Shown here piece after piece: positions 27,600 to 36,881 of a stretch of DNA of 36,881 bases. Each line of letters opens with the position of its first letter. Position 1 is the first letter of the stretch. The notes under the pieces were generated by a model. That model made no database searches. It was not told the DNA's origin and saw only the letters and a list, made by a program, of their open reading frames with translations. Position numbers and translations under genes: made by a program. This stretch comes from a virus: UHGV virus genome UHGV-0123951; one strand, 5' to 3'.

Positions 27600-27624
27600 G
27601 CCTCGCTTTGCGGGGCTTTTTTTT
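27600..27624 (+). terminator. intrinsic terminator after the zinc-ribbon moron
   Basis: GCCTCGC-tttg-CGGGGC hairpin then T8. Confidence 0.6.
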
Positions 27625-27638
27625 ACCTGGAGGACAGC

Positions 27639-30113
27639 GTGGCAAGTAAATCATTAGGTACATTAACGATAGACTTAATTGCCAAAGTTGGCGGCTTTGT
27701 TGGCGGCCTAAGCCAGGCTGAAAGGGCATCGCAGAAATGGCGAAAACAGGTTCAAGAGGATGCAAAATCTGTAGCTGTTGCATTCACAGGGGCAGCAACT
27801 GCAGCAAGCGCCGCTGCTATTGGCGTAGGTGTGGCTGGATACAACCTGTTAAAAAACACCTCCAGGCAAATTACTGAGTCTGACCGTTGGGCTAAGTCGC
27901 TCAACATGTCTACTCAATCATTACTTGCTTGGCAGTATGCTGCAGAAAAAGCAGGTGTTTCAGGCGATCAAATGGCTGATATTTTTAAAGATATCGGAGA
28001 TAAAATTGGTGACTCGGTACTGAATAAATCAGGTGAGGCAGTAGATGCATTGGATGCACTCGGTTTATCAGCTAAAAAATTATCGAGTGAATCGCCGGAT
28101 AAGCAACTTTTAGCCATAAGTGATGCGCTAAGCAAGATTAAAACAAACGCTGAAAAGACTACTATTCTTGAAAGCTTGGGTAACGATCTCTCTAAGTTGC
28201 TTCCTTTGCTTGATCAGGGCGGTGATAAATTACAAAAATATATTAAGGCTGCGAAAGAATTTGGCGTAGCACCAGATGATACCGATATAGAAAGTCTCGT
28301 AAAAGTTAATTCAATCTTTGAGGATATGGAAAACCAAGTTAAAGGGGTTAAGATTGAATTATCAGCTGGATTAGCAAAGGTTGACCTTTCTAACCTGCAG
28401 AAATCAATTAGCGACATGGGTGATGTATTTAAAGACCATGAAGTTATCAAAGGTATCACCAACCTTGTTAGTGGCGTGGTCGACCTCGCTACCTGGCTTG
28501 TTAAGGTTGGAGCGGAAGCAGGAAAACTCATCGATCTTTACAAAGGGGGACAGGCAGTAGGGGAGAATGCATCTATAGAGGAAATTGATCGTCGCATAAG
28601 AAACCTTGATGCAGATTTAAATGACGAAGGTTTTCTTGCAGATTTCAACAGATTAGGAATGGATGTGGAAAGGAAACGGGCTGAACGATCAGAGCTTGAA
28701 CGCCGCCGAGCAATCCTTAAAGCAGGAAATAACCTACCTCTATATCCAGCAACCATAGGTAATTATTCTTCATCTAAAACAGATTATGGTCTTGACGCAG
28801 GAGAATCAAACGGGAAATTAAAAACTGATACTTCAGCAAAAAAAATTGAATCAGCTTTTAAATCAATGGAGACAAGTTACCTCCGTCAGATTGCTCTCAT
28901 CGACACCACTGGAAAGAAAAGCGCAGAAGTTACTGAACAGCAAAAACTACAATTTGATATCGCTGACGGAAAGCTAAATGGACTTAATGAAACACAGAAG
29001 CAACGCCTTGAACAACTGGCTACAGAGGTTGATCGCCTAAATTCCGTAAAAAAGGCAAACGAGGAAAATCTAAAACTGGCTGAATACGTATCGAACCTTC
29101 AGCGTGAAAATGCGAATTCAGCGGCTTCTCTTGATGCAGATGTCATTGGCGCAGGACTCGGTGATAAAGCCCGCGAAAGGATGCGTGAGCAACTCAGCAT
29201 TGAACGCGAATTTCTGGAGAAGCGAGAGGATTTGCAACGGCGGTATCAGAGCGGAGATATTCGTAGCCAAGAGGATTATGACCGTTATAACCAGGAACTG
29301 GACAAAGCGCTTGCTGAGCGACTCGATAAATACCGTTCTCATTATGACCAACTGGATGAGTTACAGGGAAACTGGCTGGCAGGGGCTCAGAATGGTCTGG
29401 CTAACTGGGTAGATACTTCCAGCGATTATTACACTCAGGTATCAGATTTAGTCGGTAACACCCTTGATGGCCTGGTGGATAACATGGCTGATGCCCTCAG
29501 TGGTAATAAAGCTGACTGGGCAAGTTGGGCGAACAGTGTGTTGAATGAGCTGCAGAAAGTCTTGCTCAGGGCAATTATGGTCAACACGCTTAAATCTGCT
29601 GGTGATAGCGGTTGGTTTGGTTCACTTGGTGGGATGTTTGGTAGTTCAGTGGCTGGCGCAGCATCCGCTGGCGGTGCAACACCGTCCGGAGCTTATACAG
29701 GTGCGGCATCTCAATTGAAATTCGCCAAGGGTGGTGTAATGGATTCGCCTGATCTTAGTCGTTTCCGTAATGGCGTCGTGAACAGTCCGACGATGTTTGC
29801 TTTCGCCAAAGGTGCGGGGCTCATGGGAGAAGCTGGTCCTGAAGCTATTATGCCCCTTACGCGTACTGCTGACGGTAACCTCGGTGTTCGTATGGTGGAT
29901 GACACGGTTTCTTCTGTTGGCGGTGGTGGTGCTCAGCTCCAGCAAACTATTCAGCAGCATTTCTCTATTTCCGGTAACGGAGATGCCGCACTGAAGCAGG
30001 CTATGCAGGAAGCTGCACGACAGGGTGCTAATGATGGTGCAAAACAGGCGCGTAAGGATTTGCTTCAGGATTTCTCTAATAGAGGACAGGCAAGGCGATT
30101 ACTTGGCGTGTAA
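27639..30113 (+). CDS. tail tape measure protein (824 aa), GTG start
   Basis: Long coiled-coil-rich ORF after the G/GT chaperone; GGAGGA RBS before GTG. Confidence 0.85.
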   Translation: MASKSLGTLTIDLIAKVGGFVGGLSQAERASQKWRKQVQEDAKSVAVAFTGAATAASAAAIGVGVAGYNLLKNTSRQITESDRWAKSLNMSTQSLLAWQYAAEKAGVSGDQMADIFKDIGDKIGDSVLNKSGEAVDALDALGLSAKKLSSESPDKQLLAISDALSKIKTNAEKTTILESLGNDLSKLLPLLDQGGDKLQKYIKAAKEFGVAPDDTDIESLVKVNSIFEDMENQVKGVKIELSAGLAKVDLSNLQKSISDMGDVFKDHEVIKGITNLVSGVVDLATWLVKVGAEAGKLIDLYKGGQAVGENASIEEIDRRIRNLDADLNDEGFLADFNRLGMDVERKRAERSELERRRAILKAGNNLPLYPATIGNYSSSKTDYGLDAGESNGKLKTDTSAKKIESAFKSMETSYLRQIALIDTTGKKSAEVTEQQKLQFDIADGKLNGLNETQKQRLEQLATEVDRLNSVKKANEENLKLAEYVSNLQRENANSAASLDADVIGAGLGDKARERMREQLSIEREFLEKREDLQRRYQSGDIRSQEDYDRYNQELDKALAERLDKYRSHYDQLDELQGNWLAGAQNGLANWVDTSSDYYTQVSDLVGNTLDGLVDNMADALSGNKADWASWANSVLNELQKVLLRAIMVNTLKSAGDSGWFGSLGGMFGSSVAGAASAGGATPSGAYTGAASQLKFAKGGVMDSPDLSRFRNGVVNSPTMFAFAKGAGLMGEAGPEAIMPLTRTADGNLGVRMVDDTVSSVGGGGAQLQQTIQQHFSISGNGDAALKQAMQEAARQGANDGAKQARKDLLQDFSNRGQARRLLGV

Positions 30114-30154
30114 GCATTATTAATATTCATTAAGCCGAAAGGCGGGAGACTGTT

Positions 30155-30484
30155 ATGACTTTAGAACAACGAATTGAGTCACTTGAATTTAAAGTAGGGT
30201 TTCCGAAAGAAAATGGAGTAAGAATTTCTTTCGGAGAAAATTTGGCCATGTCATCTACGCAGCGCATTGGTAGTAACGTGTCGGTGAAAATTGGCAAAGC
30301 AACCGTAGCTACTATCCAGTACAGCGAAGACTTAACGCCAGAACTTACCCTGGAAGGGTACAATCAGCGGGCGAAAGGGCATGCTCAAAATGTTGTCACG
30401 AAGATTATTGAAGCGGCCACAAATCAGGCCGCGAATGGTTTTTATACCTTAAAATTAGGAATTAAGACTGATGCAGTCCTTTGA
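30155..30484 (+). CDS. hypothetical protein (109 aa), AT-rich
   Basis: Track ORF with GGGAGA RBS; 3' end overlaps a convergent minus-strand ORF. Confidence 0.45.
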   Translation: MTLEQRIESLEFKVGFPKENGVRISFGENLAMSSTQRIGSNVSVKIGKATVATIQYSEDLTPELTLEGYNQRAKGHAQNVVTKIIEAATNQAANGFYTLKLGIKTDAVL

Positions 30485-30677
30485 GATTGCCAACCCATTG
30501 CTGAATCGATGGGGAATCAATCTGTGATAACTCCTTAATGATTTGCTGGCGACCCTCATTGTCTAATTTCAAAGCTACGCTAAGAAGGATCATTTTAATA
30601 TCATTTAATTCATCAGCGACTTCCTTCAGGCTTTCTTTTTTTGAATTAAATTGAACTTTTGCACTTACTTCGTCCAT
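30462..30677 (-). CDS. hypothetical protein (71 aa), AT-rich, antisense to the late operon
   Basis: Track ORF with AGGAAG RBS on the minus strand. Confidence 0.4.
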   Translation of the reverse strand: MDEVSAKVQFNSKKESLKEVADELNDIKMILLSVALKLDNEGRQQIIKELSQIDSPSIQQWVGNLKGLHQS

Positions 30678-30841
30678 ATAACTTCCTTATCCAGAGGTAA
30701 TCAGCCATCCCTCCTAATCAGAAAACGCCAGTGTCCCACCACTGACGGGCTGAGTAACAACCATAACCAGGTATGTAAATCAGTAACATCCTGACAAATG
30801 ATCAGTAGCGCCAACGTGCGCAGAATAATGCAGGAGAATCT

Positions 30842-31435
30842 ATGGCTGTACTCGAATGGCCGGAAGATGTCTGTCCCGCGTCGCTGACCTGGCGACCGGA
30901 GAGTAATACCAAAACTTTTCGTTCCCCCTTCAATGGCTCATCGCAGACAGCTCGCTTTCCCGGCACCCGCTGGGTATGTTCCCTGACCTTTAATAACCTG
31001 ACGGACGAAAAATCCAGGCGTATTGATGCCCTGGTGGCTTCCCTCGATGGTGAGTATGGCAGGGTAAAAGTTCGCGACTGGGGGAGAAGTGGCAGAGCGC
31101 CAGCGGGCGTGCCCGTTGTTGATGGAGCTAATCAGACAGGGACCCAGATTCAAAGCAAGGGCTGGGCGCCGGGAACAGTTGTGCTCAGACAGGGCGATTA
31201 TTTCACAGTTAACGATGAACTGAAGATGGTTACAGCCGACGTGACGAGCGCGGCGAACGGTACCGCAATGATTGCCTTTGCGCCGATGTTACGTAGCTCA
31301 CCACCTGCTAATGCTGCCATTGAAGTTGCGAAACCCTACGGCATTTTCAAACTGAAGGATAACCAGCAGGGCGCCGGTAACCGTGTGCCGGGTGTTTTTA
31401 CCAGTTACACGCTGGAGCTTGAGGAGGCATTTTAA
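30842..31435 (+). CDS. minor/distal tail protein (197 aa)
   Basis: Position after tape measure; AGGAGA RBS. Confidence 0.65.
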   Translation: MAVLEWPEDVCPASLTWRPESNTKTFRSPFNGSSQTARFPGTRWVCSLTFNNLTDEKSRRIDALVASLDGEYGRVKVRDWGRSGRAPAGVPVVDGANQTGTQIQSKGWAPGTVVLRQGDYFTVNDELKMVTADVTSAANGTAMIAFAPMLRSSPPANAAIEVAKPYGIFKLKDNQQGAGNRVPGVFTSYTLELEEAF

Positions 31436-32019
31436 TGCTGTATTCCCCTTTTTCTGACTCGATGGTGGACTGGTTATCCCGCGACAGGGTGACAGTCGCG
31501 ATCGCCGCCAATATTCAGTTTGAATCCGGTACCGTCTATGTGCATTCCGGTACAGGAACGCTGGTTCTTGGTGGCTATGTTTATTACGGCATGGGCCGCA
31601 TGGGTTCTGTTGATGATGCCAGTGAAACCAGCACGACCAGCCCCACGCAGGTCAAAATGACCCTCTCGGGTCTGGATATGGCCCTCTTTGCAACCACGCT
31701 GAATGAGCGATGCGTGGGCAGAAATGCCGAAATCTACCTGGTGGCCATGGATGATAACGGTGTTGTCCATGTTGCTGATCTCCTGTTTAAAGGGCGGGTA
31801 TCCAGTACGGGGGCGACCGCTGGCGGGACGAACGCCCTGCAGTACACCATCAGTAATATTTTTGAAGACTGGCAGCGTCCTTTCCCCGATCGTTATACCG
31901 ATGAATCGCAGCAGGCCGCTTATCCCGGCGACCGCATATTCCGGTATGTGGCGCAGATGTCTGAACGTTCGATTTACTGGGGCAGTAAAAAAGATGCACC
32001 AGGATTTACCTATAAGTGA
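31435..32019 (+). CDS. minor tail protein (194 aa)
   Basis: Translationally coupled to the upstream tail gene. Confidence 0.6.
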   Translation: MLYSPFSDSMVDWLSRDRVTVAIAANIQFESGTVYVHSGTGTLVLGGYVYYGMGRMGSVDDASETSTTSPTQVKMTLSGLDMALFATTLNERCVGRNAEIYLVAMDDNGVVHVADLLFKGRVSSTGATAGGTNALQYTISNIFEDWQRPFPDRYTDESQQAAYPGDRIFRYVAQMSERSIYWGSKKDAPGFTYK

Positions 32020-32025
32020 GGAAGC

Positions 32026-32424
32026 ATGAAGCATCCGGACTGGCATAACAGATTAATCACTGTAATAAGGGCCGCTGAAAAGCGGCCTTTTTTATGGGGC
32101 AGTCATGACTGCTGCCTGTTCGCGGCGGACTGTGCTCAGGCCATGTGCGGCGAGGATTTTGCAGCAGGCTGGCGCGGAACCTACGACAGTGAGCATGGGG
32201 CGAAAAAGGCGATATTGCGCGGTGGCGGTTCGCTTGAAAAGGTGTTGGCCCGTTATCTCGACGAGGTGCCTGTGAAACTGGCGCAGCGTGGGGATATTGC
32301 CGTGATTGAAAATGCCGGGGCGCGATGTGCCGGGGTGGTGTATTCCGGCGTTGTGTGGGTGCCTGGCGAAACTGGTCTTGTCAGTCTGCGGGTTAAACCG
32401 TTGAGTGTCTGGAGGGTACGTTAA
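32026..32424 (+). CDS. small tail-associated protein with Cys/His cluster, possible NlpC/P60-like peptidase (132 aa)
   Basis: WGSHDCCLFAADCAQAM motif; position in tail-tip module. Confidence 0.5.
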   Translation: MKHPDWHNRLITVIRAAEKRPFLWGSHDCCLFAADCAQAMCGEDFAAGWRGTYDSEHGAKKAILRGGGSLEKVLARYLDEVPVKLAQRGDIAVIENAGARCAGVVYSGVVWVPGETGLVSLRVKPLSVWRVR

Positions 32425-35144
32425 TGCCTGCTGCTGTTCCTATAGTTGCCACCATTGCCGCAGGTGTGGCAGCGGCAAATGAAATGTATGCCATTGCGAT
32501 GGTTATCACCGTCGCCGCACAGATTGCCACTCAGGCGCTGACCAAGACCCCATCGCTGAATTCCTACCGTGATACGTCTGAACGCAAACAGGTTCTGCGC
32601 GCAGCGGCCAGTGCCAAAACCGTTGTTTATGGTCGTTCCACATCTGCTGGCACTCTGTTCTTTTCCGAAGAGCAGGCTGGCGAACAGGATGATGGTGAAA
32701 TGTTGCATCTGGCCATTGCTCTGGCGGGGCACCCGTTATCCGGTGTGCAGACTGTCTGGCTGGGTGATGAGCCTATCAGTAGCTATCCTGAGCATGCCTT
32801 TTTCGAGGTGCACACCAACCGCCAGACGGCGGACCCTTACATGCTGGAAAACTGCCCGTCATGGAAAGAAGACATGATCGGGAAAGGGATCACCTGGCTA
32901 CGCGTATCCCTGAAGTTCAACGCTGAAAAATTCCCGGCAGGTATCCCTAACATCAAAGTAGAAAAACAGGGGCGTGCCGTTTATGACCCGCGTACCGGGT
33001 TGGCGGGTTACAGCAACAATGCGGCGCTGGTTATCCTGGACTATTACCGCAATTACCTGAAAGTGCCCGACACCGATATTCTCTGGGACCAGTTTAAGGA
33101 AGCGGCGAATATCTGTGATGAGGATGTGATTACTGGCGGTAATACCGTTGAGAAGCGCTATACCATCAACGGTGAGTTCGACCTCAGTGAAAACAAGGTC
33201 AGTATTCTGGAAGGGATGCTGGCAGCATGCGCCGGGGATGTAACGTATACCGCGGGCAAACATGGCCTTCTGGTCGGGGCTTATTATGGTCCTGCGACAG
33301 AGGTGATCACTGAGAGCCAGCTGGCCGGTGATATCGAAATCATGCCGGAAGTCTCTCAGGCGGAACGTGTTAACACTATCAAGGGGACATTTGTCGATCC
33401 GCAGCAAGGCTATACCGAAGCGGATTTCCCTTCTGTGTCTGTCAGTGAATGGGTGACGGAAGACGGCGTGGAAATATCGCAGGATATGAAGCTGCGATTT
33501 GTGACCTCTGAATTTCAGGCCCAGCGTCTGGCAGATGTGAAGTTAAAGCGCACCCGCATCGCCAGAACCATGAACGTTACGTTAAACCTGAGCGGGTACC
33601 GTTACCGCCCGGGAATGTATGTGAAGGTGAATTTCCCGTCTATCGGTATCATGAATGTTGAGATGCGGGTAACTGACTGGAAGTTCGGCGTTCAGAATGG
33701 CGTGCAACTGACGCTGAAGCAGGAAACCGCAGATGTCTGGGGCGACGCTGTTGGTAAACCGATTGAGCGGCCGCCGTTCACCCAGTTGCCATCAGGCGGA
33801 GTGGCGCAGCCGCAGAATCTGAAGTACACCGTGGAAGAAATTGGCCAGGTCGTGCAGGGCATTCTGTCCTGGCAAAACATCGGTCAGGTGGTCTACAACA
33901 AAGTGGTCATTCGCCGCAATGGTCAGATGGTGATGTCAGTCCAGGTTCCGGGGACGTTCACGCGTCTTACCGGGTTACCGAAAAATACCTACACAGCCCA
34001 CGTTATTGCTGTAAACCAGATGGGGGCAGAGTCGCCAGAAGGGTATCTGGAATTCAGCATTGAAGCCCCGCCAGCACCTTCCCATGTAGATATTGAGCAG
34101 GGCTTCTTTGCCGTCACGCTGATCCCGCGTCTGGCGGCGATCACTAATGTTTCCACGCAGTTTGATTTCTGGACTTCAGGTGAAACGAAACTACCTGATA
34201 CCTCAACAGCGACCGTGGAAGGGAATGCAAGCCGCGAAGGCATGGGAACCACATGGACAAGCAATCAGCTACAGGTTGGACATACCTATTACTGGTACAT
34301 CAGAACGGTTAACGCCTTTGGTGCATCTGGTTTTATCGAAGTTCCGGCGTTGTGCTCTATGGACACGGGCGGGCTGATTGACATCATAGATGATCAGATT
34401 CAGAACTCTGACGCGTTCCAGAATATTAAGGCCGGGGTTGATACTAACCTGGAAGGCATTATGGAAAATGCGCTGGCTAATCATGGCTCCGTTGAGCATC
34501 AGTATCAACAATATGGTGAGGTACGCGCTGATATTCTGGTCGTAAAAACCACGGTGGCTACTGCTGAGCAGGGGCTTGCTGATTTATCCACCTATGTACA
34601 GGCTCAAATAGGACCGGAAGGAAGCCTGACTTCTGCGGTCAACCAGAAAATGACGGCTGAAGTAAAAAGTGACGGAACAGCGAAAGCCTCTTACACCCTG
34701 AATATGGGCATTGTGCGAGACGGTGTTAAATACAATACCGGATTTGGCATGTCTATTGAGCCATCAGGAAACAGCTATAAATCCACAGTTGTATTTGCCG
34801 CCGATCAGTTCGGTATTTACTCCGGTAACAATCCAGGTAACTGGCAGGCTGCATTCTTTGTCTATAACGGGCAGGTATTTATTCGCAGCGCATTAATTCA
34901 GGAAGCATCCATCGATTTTGCGAAAATTACCGACTCACTTCAGTCTGCGAACTTCGTCCCCGGTGGTGGTGGGCGTGGATGGAATTTACCGAAATCTGGT
35001 AGCCCAGAATTCCATGGAAAACTCTATGCCGACAGTGGTGAGTTTGCATTTAACGGAGTGAATAACGTTACTCGCATTGACGGCAACGGGATCACTGTAA
35101 ATCTCTCGGGAGGTGGTCGCGTTGTCGTTGGACGCTGGACATAA
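32424..35144 (+). CDS. host specificity / central tail fibre protein (906 aa)
   Basis: Large ORF in the tail-tip position; start overlaps upstream stop. Confidence 0.75.
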   Translation: MPAAVPIVATIAAGVAAANEMYAIAMVITVAAQIATQALTKTPSLNSYRDTSERKQVLRAAASAKTVVYGRSTSAGTLFFSEEQAGEQDDGEMLHLAIALAGHPLSGVQTVWLGDEPISSYPEHAFFEVHTNRQTADPYMLENCPSWKEDMIGKGITWLRVSLKFNAEKFPAGIPNIKVEKQGRAVYDPRTGLAGYSNNAALVILDYYRNYLKVPDTDILWDQFKEAANICDEDVITGGNTVEKRYTINGEFDLSENKVSILEGMLAACAGDVTYTAGKHGLLVGAYYGPATEVITESQLAGDIEIMPEVSQAERVNTIKGTFVDPQQGYTEADFPSVSVSEWVTEDGVEISQDMKLRFVTSEFQAQRLADVKLKRTRIARTMNVTLNLSGYRYRPGMYVKVNFPSIGIMNVEMRVTDWKFGVQNGVQLTLKQETADVWGDAVGKPIERPPFTQLPSGGVAQPQNLKYTVEEIGQVVQGILSWQNIGQVVYNKVVIRRNGQMVMSVQVPGTFTRLTGLPKNTYTAHVIAVNQMGAESPEGYLEFSIEAPPAPSHVDIEQGFFAVTLIPRLAAITNVSTQFDFWTSGETKLPDTSTATVEGNASREGMGTTWTSNQLQVGHTYYWYIRTVNAFGASGFIEVPALCSMDTGGLIDIIDDQIQNSDAFQNIKAGVDTNLEGIMENALANHGSVEHQYQQYGEVRADILVVKTTVATAEQGLADLSTYVQAQIGPEGSLTSAVNQKMTAEVKSDGTAKASYTLNMGIVRDGVKYNTGFGMSIEPSGNSYKSTVVFAADQFGIYSGNNPGNWQAAFFVYNGQVFIRSALIQEASIDFAKITDSLQSANFVPGGGGRGWNLPKSGSPEFHGKLYADSGEFAFNGVNNVTRIDGNGITVNLSGGGRVVVGRWT

Positions 35145-35152
35145 GGTGAACT

Positions 35153-36097
35153 ATGCCTGAAGGAATTCTGATCGACTACAATGATGGACGCCCGGCAATG
35201 GCAATTACTGCAGGGCTGCGTGCCCCAAGTTTTTGCACATCCTTCTCGGGCTGGTCATCCCAGTCAATGCAGTACCCGGTCAATACGCCACTTGTTCCCG
35301 GCTCACTGGCTATCGTTGTACCCACCAATCCCATTTACATCTATTCCTTCGCTGAATTTGATGTGGCCATTATGACAGGAGTCACCCGAAACGGGGACGC
35401 CGGGGTCATCATTGGTGCTGAGACAATCGGTGGTAAAGCCCTTACTCCGGATTGGTCAGGCTACGTCATGGAGCTGCTGCCCGCGGCGACTTATAACGAA
35501 GGGCTGTTTATTTCAAACTCGACAGACTTTACCGCCATCTCCAACCAGGCCGCCCTGATGACCTGCGCTTATTCCGGGCGCATTACGGTTAGCGGCAGCG
35601 CGCCGCTTCCGGTGGGTGGTATTCCTTTTGGTAAATGGGATAACCCGAATGTGTCTGTGGGGTTTAATGGCAGCGACATCATCGTTCGCGATATTTCCTA
35701 CTACGGGCGGGACGACGTGGCCGGAACGGCGACGATTGACCTGGTGATATTCAATCAGACAGCACCTGTCGGCGGCGACGGTATCACAATGACCAACGCC
35801 GCAGGCCAGGTCACGTTCTCCACGCTGAAACGCCCTTTTGTCTATGACCGGCAAATCCAGATTACCGATGCCTTTCAGGATATTGGGGGCGGGTTCTGCC
35901 AGATAGTCTATACCGGCGTTCAGGTGCGTATGAGTGGTGGATGGGGAAATATCAGAACCAAAGGCGTGGTCATGTCAGGTGGTAGCGTCAGGTCAGCCTA
36001 CAACAAAGTGTTTGCGGACCGCTATTCTGGCGCATGGGATATGACCCGTAACAGAAATATCGCCATGCCCATTCTAATTCTTCCGAACATGTACTGA
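35153..36097 (+). CDS. tail-associated hypothetical protein (314 aa)
   Basis: Track ORF between host-specificity gene and tail fibre gene. Confidence 0.5.
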   Translation: MPEGILIDYNDGRPAMAITAGLRAPSFCTSFSGWSSQSMQYPVNTPLVPGSLAIVVPTNPIYIYSFAEFDVAIMTGVTRNGDAGVIIGAETIGGKALTPDWSGYVMELLPAATYNEGLFISNSTDFTAISNQAALMTCAYSGRITVSGSAPLPVGGIPFGKWDNPNVSVGFNGSDIIVRDISYYGRDDVAGTATIDLVIFNQTAPVGGDGITMTNAAGQVTFSTLKRPFVYDRQIQITDAFQDIGGGFCQIVYTGVQVRMSGGWGNIRTKGVVMSGGSVRSAYNKVFADRYSGAWDMTRNRNIAMPILILPNMY

Positions 36098-36106
36098 GGA
36101 AAAACT

Positions 36107-36881
36107 ATGTCAGCAGGAACCTTAACCCTGACGAATAACTCTGCTGCGGTCGCTGGCAACGGGACCGCGTTTACCACCGAGGTGGCAGCCGGAGATTTTA
36201 TTGTTGTCACTGTCGGCGGCGTCCCCTATACGCTCCCGGTTAAATCAGTGGAAAGCGGTACAGCATTGACGCTGGTAAGTAATTTCACCGGGCCAACACA
36301 ATCTGGCGCGGCCTGGTCAGCGGTTCCTCGTGTGGCGCTGAATATGGTTACCGCGGCGCTGGTGGCACAAAGTGCAGAAGCCCTGCGAGGCCTGAACTAC
36401 GACAAGCAAAACTGGCAGCAGTTTTTCACCGCTGACGGTGATGTAACGATCACGCTGCCTGACACCAGTCAGACAACAGGTCCATCAGCGAAAAAGTTAA
36501 TCAGTAGTGTGGTCAATAAAGCAGATAAGGTTGATGGCGTTGTTCCGAAAGAGCAGGGCGGTACCGGACTTTCTCAACCATTTGGCGATAAAGCGGGACA
36601 ATTTTGTCAGGGCAATGACTCCCGGCTCAATTCTGTTAATGGAAAGGCTGGGGGAAAAATAACATCAACGATATCAGCGTTCGGAGAAATAAAGTCAGTA
36701 AACGAGACAGCTTCTGAACCCGGTAATGGTGTAACGATTAACGGCGCGTCAGTTCTTTCCGTGCATAATATTGCCGGGGTGGACCGGGCTGTAGCGAGCA
36801 TTGAGGCGCGATACCAGTGGGGGCAACCCGTCTCCGACGCATATATCAATTGCGGATTGCTCTCTGCGCAAGGAGGATGGG
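36107..36881 (+). CDS. tail fibre protein, 5' partial (runs past window end)
   Basis: Own translation from ATG 36107 (GAGGA RBS): MSAGTLTLTNNSAAVAGNGTAFTTEV..., open to the window edge. Confidence 0.7.
   Translation, partial: MSAGTLTLTNNSAAVAGNGTAFTTEVAAGDFIVVTVGGVPYTLPVKSVESGTALTLVSNFTGPTQSGAAWSAVPRVALNMVTAALVAQSAEALRGLNYDKQNWQQFFTADGDVTITLPDTSQTTGPSAKKLISSVVNKADKVDGVVPKEQGGTGLSQPFGDKAGQFCQGNDSRLNSVNGKAGGKITSTISAFGEIKSVNETASEPGNGVTINGASVLSVHNIAGVDRAVASIEARYQWGQPVSDAYINCGLLSAQGGW

Noticed and set aside
31474-33407. Minus-strand track ORFs 31474..32046 and 32898..33407
   Set aside because: Antisense to coupled tail genes; Arg/Gly-rich, no RBS
1-36881. Integrase, excisionase, attachment sites, tRNA/rRNA genes, IS elements, CRISPR
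   Set aside because: Searched for by eye and not found; the prophage ends and any integration-site tRNA presumably lie outside this window

Overview
This window is almost entirely a lambdoid prophage, read from its early-left operon to a truncated tail fibre; no integrase or attachment site lies inside it. All calls are by eye from the sequence and ORF track, with no database search run. Layout: (1) 1-2868, minus-strand early genes (HD-domain phosphohydrolase, RdgC-like protein, small unknowns). (2) 2869-3699, an unusual ~830-bp ORF-free, GC-rich segment with a minus-strand intrinsic terminator and a 131-nt nested-helix domain. (3) 3700-5641, immunity region: Arg-rich N-like ORF, PL/OL, LexA-like cI repressor, OR/PR, cro, CII-like gene. 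(4) 5983-12897: O-like replication gene with internal iterons, Dam-family and C5-cytosine methyltransferases, RusA, Rha/KilAC antirepressor, DUF968 protein, Q-like antiterminator. (5) 12914-14987: late promoter with terminator, a small moron, then holin, GH19 endolysin and Rz/Rz1. (6) 14984-17511: two small ORFs, a 485-aa GT2 glycosyltransferase and a 196-aa partner in an unusual late-region position. (7) 17511-26782: HNH endonuclease, terminase, HK97-type head genes, tail genes and a G/GT chaperone with a lambda-type GGGAAAG slippery site. (8) 26800-30700: AT-rich block holding a zinc-ribbon membrane-protein moron, the tape measure gene and a convergent small-gene pair. (9) 30842-36881: distal tail proteins, host-specificity protein and partial tail fibre. 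The most interesting candidates for undescribed biology are the structured ORF-free segment, the late-region glycosyltransferase module and the tail-module morons.
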